A DNA stretch of 64,000 bases, from positions 1,984,001 to 2,048,000 of the forward strand of contig CBDDPY010000002.1 of the NCBI GenBank assembly GCA_965232515.1, in the 5' to 3' direction. The position numbers and the translations under genes are program-made. This DNA comes from Alphaproteobacteria bacterium (GTDB lineage Bacteria > Pseudomonadota > Alphaproteobacteria > GCA-2731375). The notes beneath the pieces are model-generated. The model was not told where the DNA came from. It saw only the letters and a program-made list of their open reading frames with translations, and made no database searches. Positions 47,799 through 57,639 of this stretch are shown here, piece after piece (within the stretch, counting starts at the first letter, position 1; every line of letters begins with the position of its first letter).

Positions 47799-49705
47799 CC
47801 GCCCTCCCGCTGCGGGCGCCAGCGTCGCGCGCGGGCCTCGCCGTCGGCGATCTGGTCCTGACCCAGGCCGCGCGCCAGCAGGCGCAGATTCTGCGCCGCG
47901 ATGTCCAGCTTCGCCGCTGCGGCCAGCCGCCACCACTTGTAGGCTTCGATCGGGTCGGCCTCGACGGCGATGCCCTGGCGGTAGAAATCGCCGAGATTGA
48001 ACTGCGCCTGCGGCTGGCCCTGGTTCGCGGCGCGCAGATACCAGGCGAATGCCTGCTTCAGGTCGCGCTCGACCCCGCGACCCTGATCGTAGAGCGTCGC
48101 CAGCATCATCTGCGCCCGGCGGTCGCCCGACTCCGCGGCCCGGACGTACCACGTCGCCGCCGCTGCCGGATCGGCGGCCACGCCCTGGCCCCGGTTCAAC
48201 ATGTTGGCAAGGTTGACTTGGGCGCCGACGTTCCCGGCTTCCGCCGCGCGTCGAAACCAATGCACCGCCGCCGACAGATCGCGTGCCACGCCCTCTCCCT
48301 CGACATAGGCGCGGGCGAGAAAGAACTGTGCGCCGTCGGAACCGAGGCCTGCCGCTTCGCGGAACAGTGCAGCCGCGCGCGTCAGATCCCGCGCGACGCC
48401 ACGGCCGTCGCGATAGAGCCGGCCGAGATTGTAGTGCGCCAGCGCATGTTTCGGATCGGCCGCTATGGCCCGCTCATAGAGTTCGGCGGCGTGCGCCGCA
48501 TCCTGCGGCACGCCCCGGCCGCCCTGATAGAGCGCGGCGAGATTGTTGAGCCCGTTGGCGTCGCCGGCCTCGGCCGCTTCGGCGAACAGTCCCGCCGCCT
48601 TGGGCAGGTTGCGCGCGACGCCCTCGCCCATGCGGTAAAGCATGCCGAGATTGTTCTTGGCCGGCGCGAAGCCGCCGTCGGCCGACGCCTCGTAGAGACG
48701 CACCGCCGCCGCGAGGTCACGCGGGCCGCCCTCGCCCGTCGCCAGCAGCACCGCCAGATTGTACTGGCCGCGCGGATCGTCCTGGTCGGCCGCGGCCCGG
48801 TACCAGCGCCGCGCTGCCGCCGGATCGCGCGCGACCCCGACGCCATGCTCCAGCGCCGCGCCATAGTTGATCTGCGCATGGTTCAGTCCGGCCCGCGCCG
48901 CCTCGCCGAACAGGCGCGCCGCGCGTTCGGAATCGCGGTCGACGCCGTCGCCGCGCTGCAGCAGCAGCGCGAAGTCGTTCATGGCGTCGGGCAGACCGCG
49001 TGTCGCCGCCGCCGCGAAATAGCGCGCCGCCGCCGCAACATCGGTCTCGCCGGCGAGCCCCTTCTGCTTGATCCGGCCCAACGACCACAACGCCCAGGGA
49101 TGGCCCTGCTCGGCCGCCGACAGGAACAGTTCCTGCGCCGCGACCGGATCGGCGTCGACGCCGGTGCCGTCGAGATAGAGCGCGCCCAACCGATATTGGG
49201 CGTTGGCGTGCCCGGCGTCTGCGGCCTCGCGGTAGAGCCGCAGCGCGCGGTCCATGTCCCGCGGAACGCCGAGTCCGCGCACGTAGAACGCTGCCAGGTT
49301 GGCCTTGGCCGGCAGGTAATCCTGCGCCGCCGCGGCCTCGAACTGGGTGATCGCGGCGGCGTCATCGCGCGGACCGCCCTGGGCCAGCAGGTGCATCACG
49401 CCCAGGCTGTCCTGCGCCGGCGCGTAACCCTGCGCCGCCGCCTCGCCGAACCAGGACCGCGCCGCCGCGTAATCGTGATCGACGCCGCGGCCGGTCTGGT
49501 AGATCAGGCCGAGCAGATATTGCGCCCGCGGTTCGCCGGCCCGCGCCCGCGGCCGCAGACGCTCGACGGTCTCGTCGCGGGCGTCATCGGGAAAGACATG
49601 CGGTTCGGCCGGCTCCGGCAGCGCCGCCTGCGCCGCCGGCCACGGCGCCGCCATCGCCGCCAGCAGTGCCAGGGCGGCGACGGGCGCTGGCGCTTTGAGC
49701 CTCAA
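47795..49705 (-). CDS. Exported Sel1-repeat protein (15 repeats)
   Basis: Signal peptide then repeated AQ..LG..Y..G.G...D...A..W...AA..G units. Confidence 0.92.
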   Translation of the reverse strand: MRLKAPAPVAALALLAAMAAPWPAAQAALPEPAEPHVFPDDARDETVERLRPRARAGEPRAQYLLGLIYQTGRGVDHDYAAARSWFGEAAAQGYAPAQDSLGVMHLLAQGGPRDDAAAITQFEAAAAQDYLPAKANLAAFYVRGLGVPRDMDRALRLYREAADAGHANAQYRLGALYLDGTGVDADPVAAQELFLSAAEQGHPWALWSLGRIKQKGLAGETDVAAAARYFAAAATRGLPDAMNDFALLLQRGDGVDRDSERAARLFGEAARAGLNHAQINYGAALEHGVGVARDPAAARRWYRAAADQDDPRGQYNLAVLLATGEGGPRDLAAAVRLYEASADGGFAPAKNNLGMLYRMGEGVARNLPKAAGLFAEAAEAGDANGLNNLAALYQGGRGVPQDAAHAAELYERAIAADPKHALAHYNLGRLYRDGRGVARDLTRAAALFREAAGLGSDGAQFFLARAYVEGEGVARDLSAAVHWFRRAAEAGNVGAQVNLANMLNRGQGVAADPAAAATWYVRAAESGDRRAQMMLATLYDQGRGVERDLKQAFAWYLRAANQGQPQAQFNLGDFYRQGIAVEADPIEAYKWWRLAAAAKLDIAAQNLRLLARGLGQDQIADGEARARRWRPQREGG

Positions 49706-49968
49706 CCGCCGCGAGCCGCGTTCAGCACGTCCCGTCCGGCGTCCGTCAGCCGGCAGACCAGCCAGTCCGGCTTCATGCGATTGATGAACCAGGGTTCTGC
49801 CCAGCCGGCCTTGATGCAGGAACGGATCGTGCGGGCATCGATCTCGCGACCGTCCGTATCGAACAGCGGCAGCTTGCCGCCGGCCTGATCGAGACCCCGC
49901 TCAAGATATCGACGCTGCGCCTCCGACGGCGTGGTTCTTGTCTTCTGTGTTTGTGTCGTGACCGCCAT
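49702..49968 (-). CDS. Small hypothetical protein, winged-helix-like
   Basis: GGKLPLFD, GWAEPWF, CRLTDAGR; 4-bp overlap with the Sel1 gene. Confidence 0.75.
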   Translation of the reverse strand: MAVTTQTQKTRTTPSEAQRRYLERGLDQAGGKLPLFDTDGREIDARTIRSCIKAGWAEPWFINRMKPDWLVCRLTDAGRDVLNAARGG

Positions 49969-50034
49969 AGGAAAAAGGCTAGCCCATCCCCGCCGCCCGG
50001 GCGAGTCACGATAGGGTTAAGAAGGATGGGGGGC

Positions 50035-50493
50035 CTAGGCGTAAACCAGGCTGATCACCTCGCCGACCAGGACCGGGCGGTCCTCGCCCTCGCGCTCGAC
50101 CTGCATCTCGGAGATCAGCCGTACGCCATTGCCGTCGACGTCGTCGCAGGCTTTCAGCGTCTGGCGCAGGCGGATGCGGGCGCCGGCCGGCACCATGCCG
50201 GTGAAACGCACCTTGTTAGAGCCGTAGTTGATGCCGCGGCTGCGGTTTTTGATCTCGAGGATGTCCTTGGCCATGCGCGGCACCAGCGACAGCGTCAGAT
50301 AACCGTGCGCGATGGTCGCGCCATTCGGCATCTCGCGCGCGGCACGCTCGACATCGACATGGATCCACTGATGATCGCCGGTGGCGTCGGCGAACTTGTC
50401 GATCATCGTCTGATCCACCGTCAGCCAGTCGCTGACGCCCAGCTCCCGGCCGACATGGGCCTTCATCTCCTGCGGCGTATCCACACTCAGCAC
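50035..50493 (-). CDS. MaoC family dehydratase
   Basis: FADATGDHQWIHVD, IAHG.LTLSL, NYG.NKVRF. Confidence 0.9.
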   Translation of the reverse strand: MLSVDTPQEMKAHVGRELGVSDWLTVDQTMIDKFADATGDHQWIHVDVERAAREMPNGATIAHGYLTLSLVPRMAKDILEIKNRSRGINYGSNKVRFTGMVPAGARIRLRQTLKACDDVDGNGVRLISEMQVEREGEDRPVLVGEVISLVYA

Positions 50494-50700
50494 CACATCC
50501 CTCCCCTGACTCGGATCCGACGCGGCACGGTCGCATAGCCGGTTTCTGGCTGCAAGCGAAGCCGATTTATCCAGCATTTTAAGTGATTTAGACGAAAAAC
50601 AGCCGGCCCCACATCAACCATTTTGAAATCCGCCTCGGCGATAATCGTGCAGCTCGACAATTCCGGGGGTCCTGTGGCGACACGGGGGAGGGCCTTCAAA

Positions 50701-51063
50701 GTGCATAACAGACAGCAACTCCTGGCCAGCACCGGTCTGGTCACGGACCGGCGTCGTCACAAGCGGCGCAAGGTCCTGTGGACCGCACGCCTGCGGGTGG
50801 CGGCGGAACGGATCGAATGCCAGGTACGCAACATCTCGCTCGGCGGCGCCAAGGTGCAGGCGCCGCTTGAACTCGCCATCGGTACGCCTGTACATCTGGA
50901 ATCCGACCACCATCCGCCGCTGTTCGGCCGCATCGCCTGGCGAAATGGCGACATGTTCGGCATTGCCTTCGATCGTCAGGCGGAAACCATCACGGAATTG
51001 CTCGGCCTGCGGGTGGTCAGCAACCTGCATCTCGACGACGATAAATCGGATATGACTGATTAA
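50701..51063 (+). CDS. PilZ domain protein 1
   Basis: RRHKR and NISLGG c-di-GMP motifs; GTG start with GGAGG RBS. Confidence 0.82.
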   Translation: MHNRQQLLASTGLVTDRRRHKRRKVLWTARLRVAAERIECQVRNISLGGAKVQAPLELAIGTPVHLESDHHPPLFGRIAWRNGDMFGIAFDRQAETITELLGLRVVSNLHLDDDKSDMTD

Positions 51064-51190
51064 TCATCGACTTCCGACCGCCGACATGGAAAGCCGCTAT
51101 TAACAAAGTCGAAACGATACGCCTGTAATTCTATCTCCGGTTAGGCCATCATGCCTACTGCCGCGTGACAACAAACGAGAAAATCCTGTT

Positions 51191-51538
51191 ATGGATGCGT
51201 ACAACAATATGTTGTCGGATGCCGATCCGGACTTGCGGCGGCGCAACCAACGACGCCGGATCCTCTGGACCGGCAAGCTCCGCGTCGGCGAGCATCTCAT
51301 CGACTGTCAGGTTCGCAACATCTCGCTGGGCGGGGTGCTGATCAAGATATCGATCCCGCTGGCCGCCGACACGCTGGTCTATTTCGAGAGCGAGCACCAT
51401 TCGCCGCTGCAGGGCCGCATCGCCTGGCAGGCCAACAGCCTCGCCGGCGTCTCCTTTGACAGTTCGCCCAACGTCGTCGCCCGCATCCTCGGCCCGGCCG
51501 CCAGCCGCCTCGGCCTATCGCTGCACGAACCGTCCTAG
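51191..51538 (+). CDS. PilZ domain protein 2
   Basis: RRNQR and NISLGG motifs. Confidence 0.82.
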   Translation: MDAYNNMLSDADPDLRRRNQRRRILWTGKLRVGEHLIDCQVRNISLGGVLIKISIPLAADTLVYFESEHHSPLQGRIAWQANSLAGVSFDSSPNVVARILGPAASRLGLSLHEPS

Positions 51539-52995
51539 CGAAACGCCGGTTCGTCGAAGCTGCGTAGTTTTCGTGAGTGCAGGCTTTCGACGCCGGCGGC
51601 GCGCAGGTTGCGCAGCGCCGCGATGCCGATCTGCAGGTGCTGGCCGACCCGTTCCTGATAGAAGGCGTTGGCCATGCCGGGCAGCTTGATCTCGCCGTGC
51701 AGCGGCTTGTCCGAAACGCAAAGCAGCGTGCCGTAAGGCACCCGGAAGCGATAGCCGTTGGCGGCGATGGTCGCCGATTCCATGTCCACCGCGATCGCCC
51801 GCGACTGGTTCAGGCGCAGCGCCAGTTCGTCGTGCCGCAGCTCCCAGTTCCGGTTGTCGGTGGTGAACACCGTGCCGGTCCGCAACCGGGTCTTCAGTTC
51901 GGGGCCGCGCAACCCGGTCTCTTGCGCCACCGCTTCCGTCAGCGCGATCTGGATCTCGGCGATCGGCGGCACCGGCACCCAGCCCGGCAGATCGTCGTCC
52001 AGGACGTGATCGCCGCGCACATAGGCGTGCGCCAGCACATAGTCGCCGAGGCGCTGGCTCGGACGCAGGCCGCCGCAATGGCCGACCATCAGCCAGCAAT
52101 GCGGCCGCAGCACGGCGACGTGGTCGGTAATCGTCTTGGCGTTCGACGGGCCGATGCCGATGTTGATCAGCGTGATGCCCTCGCGGTCCTCGCGCACCAA
52201 GTGGTAGGCGGGCATCTGCGGCAGCTTTTCCGGCGCATTGCCCGAGGCCGGCTGCGCCGTCAGCCTGGCGTTGGGCGTCACCACGTTGCCGGGCTCGACA
52301 AAGGCCGCGTATTCGTCGCCGTTCGCGACCTGGCCGCGGCCGTAGGCGATGAACTCGTCGACATAACGCTGATAGTTAGTGAACAGCACGAAGCGCTGGA
52401 AGTGCTCCGGCGCCGTCGCCGTGTAGTGCGCCAGCCGGACCAGCGAATAGTCGACCCGCTCGGCGCTGAACAGCGCCAGCGGATAGGGTTGCCCAGACGG
52501 CGTCACGTGCGTGCCGTTGGCGATGGAGTCGTCGATCTCCGACAGATCGGGCAGCCGGAAGTGCTGCCGCAGCGCGGTCAGATGCGTGTCCGTCAGCACC
52601 GCCGTCGCCGCCTCCGACACGAAGGTCAGCGGGATCGTGCGGTCGCTCCGGCCGACCACCAATGGCTGACCGTGGTTGCGCATGACCAGCTCGAACTGCT
52701 CGCGATAATACTCCGCGAACAGATCGGGCCGGGTGACCGTGGTGCCGTGCACGCCGGGCGCCGACAGGTTGCCGTAGGCGCGCCGCGGCCCGCGGTTCAG
52801 ATCCGTATCCGTGACCGAGATCCCGACATAGGGATAGACCGCGTCCGGCGGGGTCGTCACGACGTCGGGCTTCGCTAACGCCTGGCGGATCGTGCCGGCC
52901 GCGGCGTCATAGATCTCACCGACCCTGGCGAACGCCGCCGCCGCATCTTCGAAGCTCTGCAGCCCGGCGACCCGGCCATGCCCATGCTTGGCCAT
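51535..52995 (-). CDS. amn: AMP nucleosidase
   Basis: LFTNYQ, QMPAYHL, GPSNAKTITDH, DMES, VSDKPLHG, EPAFR. Confidence 0.95.
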   Translation of the reverse strand: MAKHGHGRVAGLQSFEDAAAAFARVGEIYDAAAGTIRQALAKPDVVTTPPDAVYPYVGISVTDTDLNRGPRRAYGNLSAPGVHGTTVTRPDLFAEYYREQFELVMRNHGQPLVVGRSDRTIPLTFVSEAATAVLTDTHLTALRQHFRLPDLSEIDDSIANGTHVTPSGQPYPLALFSAERVDYSLVRLAHYTATAPEHFQRFVLFTNYQRYVDEFIAYGRGQVANGDEYAAFVEPGNVVTPNARLTAQPASGNAPEKLPQMPAYHLVREDREGITLINIGIGPSNAKTITDHVAVLRPHCWLMVGHCGGLRPSQRLGDYVLAHAYVRGDHVLDDDLPGWVPVPPIAEIQIALTEAVAQETGLRGPELKTRLRTGTVFTTDNRNWELRHDELALRLNQSRAIAVDMESATIAANGYRFRVPYGTLLCVSDKPLHGEIKLPGMANAFYQERVGQHLQIGIAALRNLRAAGVESLHSRKLRSFDEPAFR

Positions 52996-53272
52996 ACCGC
53001 ACCTCCTAATCGTGGCGCTCGGCATACTCCATTCGTCAGAAAGGTTAAAGCGCCGATAACGCCCGCCTCACAATGTGACCTTCTGATGTCTCTTTGACCA
53101 AACATTGGTGACCTATTCCCACGGTTTCGACGCAGCCGGTCACAGCGCAACTCTCCTAACCTGCCGCCGACTGGAACGAGAAGCGACGGACGAAACCGTC
53201 GGCAGTCAACAGAACTTGCTGATCCCCAAGACGGGCTGCGCTGGGGCGGCCCGTCCGACACGGAGTACCGCC

Positions 53273-53929
53273 ATGCGTTCAATAATGATGAAAACCGTTG
53301 TCGCCGCCGCGGCGGTCCTATGGGCCGGTCAGGCGTCCGCCACCATCATCGGCGGCGGCGTCACGGGCGGCTCGTCGTTCGATGACGGTGGCCAGTTCAA
53401 CCTGATCGACCCGATCCCGAACGGTTTCACCGTCGGCGACAACAATCAGCAGAGCAACGATCTGTTCGGCTTCAACGAAGATCAGAACATTCTGCTCAGC
53501 GACGCGCTCGATCTCGACGTCGGCACGCCGCAGCTCGCCGCCGGCACCGAGGTCGCTAGCCACTATATCTTCTACGACCCGGTCATCGGCGATATTCAGG
53601 GCTTTGTCGAATTCGACGCCGCGGTGCTCGGCATCCTGACCGAAACCGACACGCTCGCCGCCAGCGATGTCCTGGCGAACACCGACGTCACCTATCTGAA
53701 TCCGACGCTGCGCGGCCTCGAAGACCGCACCGACACCGCCGTCATCGATCCCGGCAATCCAAACCGGATTCTGATCGATTTCTTCGCCGCATCGCCGGGC
53801 GACTATATCCGCGTGCTGACCGAACGCTCGCCGATCGCCGCTCAGGAAGTGGCCGAGCCGGGGACCCTCGGCCTGTTCGGCTTCGGCCTCAGTCTGTTGT
53901 TCCTGTACGGTCTCCGCCGACGGGCTTAG
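53273..53929 (+). CDS. PEP-CTERM-like sorting-domain surface protein
   Basis: Signal peptide, acidic low-complexity body, VAEPGTLGLFGFGL...RRRA tail. Confidence 0.85.
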   Translation: MRSIMMKTVVAAAAVLWAGQASATIIGGGVTGGSSFDDGGQFNLIDPIPNGFTVGDNNQQSNDLFGFNEDQNILLSDALDLDVGTPQLAAGTEVASHYIFYDPVIGDIQGFVEFDAAVLGILTETDTLAASDVLANTDVTYLNPTLRGLEDRTDTAVIDPGNPNRILIDFFAASPGDYIRVLTERSPIAAQEVAEPGTLGLFGFGLSLLFLYGLRRRA

Positions 53930-54711
53930 CCCGTCAGACCGGCAACGAACCGGGCGATGGCGTCCAGCACGTCGTCGCGCCGGTCCTTGTGCGGCGCGTG
54001 ACCGCAGTCCGGCAGCAGCAACGTCTCGCAGGCGCCGCCGGTCTGCCGGTCGATGGCCTCGAGCTGCGCCACGCTGCCATACTCGTCAGCCTCGCCCTGA
54101 AGCAGCAGCGACGGCACGCCGATGCCGGGCAGGTATTCTTCCAGGTTCCAGTCGCGGAACGCCGGATCGGTCCAGGCGTCGGCCCAGCCGTTGAAGGCGA
54201 CGTCGACGTTGGCGCCGTGATGGCGCTGCAGACGGGCGCGCAGGTCGGTCGTGGCGTAGGCCTGTTTGGCCGCCGCGATGGACGCGAGCCCGATCTCCTC
54301 GGCGAAGACATGCGGCGCTTCCAGCACCAGACCGCGCAAGCCCGGCGCCGGCGTCCCGCCCGCATAGACAATCGCGATCGACGCCCCGTCCGAATGGCCG
54401 ACCAGGATGCTGTCGCGCACGTCGAGCGCGGCCAGCACCTGCGGCAGGACCTCCAGCCCTTCGTCATGCATGTAACGGACCGTGCGCGGCAGCGCGCAGG
54501 CATCCGAGCCGCCATAGCCCGCGCGGCTATAGGTCAACGCGCCGCAGCCCGTGCGCCGCGCCAACTCGTCGGGGACGTCCCGCCACATGCCGAGACACCC
54601 CAATCCCTCGTGCAGGAACACCAGCGTCGGCGCGGCCTCGGGCGCCGGTCCGGCCCAGGCATACTCCAGTCGCCGGCCGCCGGCGGTAACGAAACCGCGC
54701 GCCGGCGGCAT
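53926..54711 (-). CDS. Alpha/beta hydrolase
   Basis: FLHEGLG, GHSDG nucleophile, DEYG, CGH.PH; start MPPARG. Confidence 0.9.
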   Translation of the reverse strand: MPPARGFVTAGGRRLEYAWAGPAPEAAPTLVFLHEGLGCLGMWRDVPDELARRTGCGALTYSRAGYGGSDACALPRTVRYMHDEGLEVLPQVLAALDVRDSILVGHSDGASIAIVYAGGTPAPGLRGLVLEAPHVFAEEIGLASIAAAKQAYATTDLRARLQRHHGANVDVAFNGWADAWTDPAFRDWNLEEYLPGIGVPSLLLQGEADEYGSVAQLEAIDRQTGGACETLLLPDCGHAPHKDRRDDVLDAIARFVAGLTG

Positions 54712-56297
54712 CAATCGCGCAGCTTGAAGCGTTGAATCTTGCCGGTCGCCGTCTTCGGCAGCTCGTCGGCGAAGTCGATCCAGCGCGGATACTTGTACGG
54801 CGCCAGGCGGTCCTTCACGAACTGCTTCAGCTCGTCGGCCAGCGCGTCGGACCCGCTCATGCCCTCGCGCAGCACGATGCACGCCTTCGGCTTGATCAGA
54901 TCGTCGGCATCGGCCCGCCCGACCACCGCCGCCTCCTGCACGCTCTCGTGCGCCACCAGCGCCGATTCCACCTCGAACGGCGAGACCCAGATGCCGCTCA
55001 CCTTCAGCATGTCGTCCGAGCGGCCGGCATAGGTGTAGTAGCCCTCGGCGTCGCGCACATACTTGTCGCCGGTATGCGTCCAACGGCCCTGGAACGTCGC
55101 CAGGCTCTTTTCCCGGTTGTTCCAATAGTACGGCGCGCTCGTCGGCCCGCTGACCAGCAGGTCGCCGACCTCGCCGTCGGGCGCCTCGCTGCCGTCGTCG
55201 CTCGTCAGCCGCACGTCGTAGCCCGGCACCGGCTTGCCGCTGGCGCCGTAGCGCACGTCGTCCGGCCGGTTCGAGAGAAAGATGTGCAACATCTCGGTCG
55301 AGCCGATGCCATCCAGAATGTCGACGCCGAAGCGCTCGCGCCAGCGCTTGCCCAGTTCCTCCGGCAGCGCCTCGCCGGCCGAGACGCAGATCCGCAGCCG
55401 GTCCGAACCCGCCGCCTTGTCGAGGCCGTCGTCGGCCAGAATGGCGCCGTAGAGCGTCGGCACGCCGTAGAAGATCGTCGGCCGGTGCTGTTTCATCGCC
55501 GCCATCACCGTTTCCGGCGTCGGCCGGCCGGCCATCAGCACCGCCGTCGCCCCGACATAGAGCGGGAAGGTCAGCGCGTTGCCGAGCCCATAGGCGAAAA
55601 ACAGCTTCGCGGCCGAGAACACGACGTCGTCCGGCCGGACACCCAGCACGCCAACGCCATAGAGCGCGGCCGTGTTCACCAAATCGCCGTGCAGGTGGAT
55701 CGCCCCCTTCGGCCGTCCGGTCGAGCCCGACGAATAAAGCCAGAAGCCGACATCGTCCGGCGTCGTTTCCTCCGCCGCCAGTTCCGGCGACGCCGCCGCC
55801 ATCAGGTCGCTCAGCCGCGAATGGCCCCCTCTGTCGCCCGCGCCCGAGACGATCACATGCTTGAGCTGCGGCAAGTCCTCCACGTTGCCGGCGAACCGGT
55901 CCAACAGCGCGTCGCTCACCACCAGCACCCGGGCCCGGCTGTCGCGCAGCATGTAGACATAGTCGTCCGAGGTCAGCAGCGTGTTCAGCGGGATCGGCAC
56001 CAGGCCGGCCTTGATCGCGCCCAGGAACGCGGCCATGAAATCGATGCCGTCCAGCATGGCCAGCGCCACCCGCTGCTCCGGCATCATGCCCAACGCCAGC
56101 AATGCGTTGCCGGCCCGGTTCGCGCGTTCCGCCAGCTCGGCATAGCTGTAGCTGCCGGCATCGTCGATCACCGCCGTCTTGTCGCCGTTGCCGTTGCGCA
56201 GGTTGCGCTCCAAAAGGTCGAAGGCCGCATTGTAGGTCCGCGGCAGCGTTACCGCGGGCGGCGCGCTGTCGAAATCCACCGTGCTGAAGTCGCTCAT
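54711..56297 (-). CDS. Benzoate-CoA ligase family protein
   Basis: YSSGSTGRPKG, AKLFFAYGLGN, DGIGSTEMLHIFLSN, LPKTATGK. Confidence 0.92.
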   Translation of the reverse strand: MSDFSTVDFDSAPPAVTLPRTYNAAFDLLERNLRNGNGDKTAVIDDAGSYSYAELAERANRAGNALLALGMMPEQRVALAMLDGIDFMAAFLGAIKAGLVPIPLNTLLTSDDYVYMLRDSRARVLVVSDALLDRFAGNVEDLPQLKHVIVSGAGDRGGHSRLSDLMAAASPELAAEETTPDDVGFWLYSSGSTGRPKGAIHLHGDLVNTAALYGVGVLGVRPDDVVFSAAKLFFAYGLGNALTFPLYVGATAVLMAGRPTPETVMAAMKQHRPTIFYGVPTLYGAILADDGLDKAAGSDRLRICVSAGEALPEELGKRWRERFGVDILDGIGSTEMLHIFLSNRPDDVRYGASGKPVPGYDVRLTSDDGSEAPDGEVGDLLVSGPTSAPYYWNNREKSLATFQGRWTHTGDKYVRDAEGYYTYAGRSDDMLKVSGIWVSPFEVESALVAHESVQEAAVVGRADADDLIKPKACIVLREGMSGSDALADELKQFVKDRLAPYKYPRWIDFADELPKTATGKIQRFKLRD

Positions 56298-56397
56298 GGG
56301 TCCTCCCGCGGGCCGGTTCGGTCCCGGCCCCCATCCTTGTCGGGTTTGATTAATCGGCAGTCTAGCGGTGCTGCCCATGCCCCGAAAGCGCGAAACT

Positions 56398-56450
56398 TGC
56401 GGTATAGTGCATTTTTTCGTTATTGACGCCTCAATTGGAATTATAGTGCA
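56398..56450. promoter_or_regulatory. Two BzdR/BoxR-type boxes
   Basis: TGCGGTATAGTGCA (56398-411) and GGAATTATAGTGCA (56437-450), degenerate TGCA-N6-TGCA. Confidence 0.6.
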
Positions 56451-56471
56451 GGTCAGATTCGAAGGCCTGAC

Positions 56472-57368
56472 ATGAACGACAAGCCGTCCGCGAAACGTCC
56501 GCCGCCGTCCGACGACCCCGATGTCGACGGTTATCTGCTGACGCTGGGCGAACGGGTGCGGGCCGCCCGGGCCCGGCGCGGCATGACGCGGAAGATGCTG
56601 TCACGCGATTCCGGCGTCTCCGAGCGCTATCTGGCCCAGCTCGAAACCGGCGTCGGCAACGTCTCGATTGCGCGCCTCAGGCGCGTGGCGCAGGCCATGA
56701 ACACGCCGCTCGCCGATCTCGTGCGCGAGGGACCGGAGCCGCCGGTCGAGCTGACGCTGATCCTGGAGCAGTTGAACCGGGTGCCGGTCGAGCAGCTCGC
56801 CGACATCCGCCGCGACCTGCAGCGGCGCGGCGGCGGCATCGCCAAGCGGCCGGGCCGCATCGCGCTGATCGGCCTGCGCGGCGCCGGCAAGAGCACGCTC
56901 GGCGCCCGCCTCGCGAGCCTGCGCAAGGTGCCGTTCATCCAGCTCAGCCGCGAGGTCGAGCAGGAGGCCGGCATGTCGCTCGACGAGATCCACGATCTGA
57001 TGGGCCAGGTCGCCTACAGCCGTCTGGAGCGGCGCTGCCTCGACCGCGTGATCGAGCGGCACGACGCCGCCGTGATCGAGGCCGGCGGCGGCCTCGTCGC
57101 CGAGCCCGGCACTTTCGAGCGGCTGCTCGGGGCCTGCTACACGGTCTGGCTGCGCGCCAGCCCGGAGGAGCACATGGCCCGCGTCATGGCCCAGGGCGAC
57201 CACCGGCCCATGGCCGGCAACCGCGAGGCCATGGCCGACCTGCGCCGCATCCTCGACGGCCGCGACCAGCTCTACCGCCGCGCCGACGCCGTGCTCGACA
57301 CCTCGGGCCAGGACATCGATTCCAGCCTGATCGAGCTCGCCCGCCTCTGCGAAGCCGCGCCGGCCTGA
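56472..57368 (+). CDS. BzdR/BoxR regulator (XRE HTH plus shikimate-kinase-like domain)
   Basis: SGVSERYLAQLE, GLRGAGKSTLG, EEHMARV..QGD.RP; divergent from the ligase. Confidence 0.92.
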   Translation: MNDKPSAKRPPPSDDPDVDGYLLTLGERVRAARARRGMTRKMLSRDSGVSERYLAQLETGVGNVSIARLRRVAQAMNTPLADLVREGPEPPVELTLILEQLNRVPVEQLADIRRDLQRRGGGIAKRPGRIALIGLRGAGKSTLGARLASLRKVPFIQLSREVEQEAGMSLDEIHDLMGQVAYSRLERRCLDRVIERHDAAVIEAGGGLVAEPGTFERLLGACYTVWLRASPEEHMARVMAQGDHRPMAGNREAMADLRRILDGRDQLYRRADAVLDTSGQDIDSSLIELARLCEAAPA

Positions 57369-57399
57369 TCGCTTTCGCGCCCTGCCACACCCCCCAACC

Positions 57400-57483
57400 G
57401 TCATGCTGGCGCAGGCCAGCATCCAGCGGAATCGAAGCCAGCCCAGCCGCGCGTGGATGGCTCCTGGCCTGCGCCAGGATAAC
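57400..57483. repeat. REP-like paired palindromic element
   Basis: GTCATGCTGGCGCAGGCCAGCATCCA ... TGGCTCCTGGCCTGCGCCAGGATAAC. Confidence 0.65.
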
Positions 57484-57639
57484 CCTTGGTGTTGCGATGT
57501 TGCGCGCGACCGTCGGACGCGCCGGCACTTTCGAGTTCCAACCTTCCCAATCACACCAACACACCCCCACCGGCTACATACCAACGTCGCAGGAATTTCC
57601 CTTTCCATGAGGCCGGCCTTCTGATACCGCGACGCCGTT

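Noticed and set aside
53926-56334. 802-aa ligase-hydrolase fusion
   Set aside because: The upstream part is off-frame relative to the ligase; these are two separate genes with a TGATG overlap
56423-56447. TTGACG...TATAGT as a sigma70 promoter for boxR
   Set aside because: The spacer is only 13 bp; TATAGT is better explained as part of the operator box
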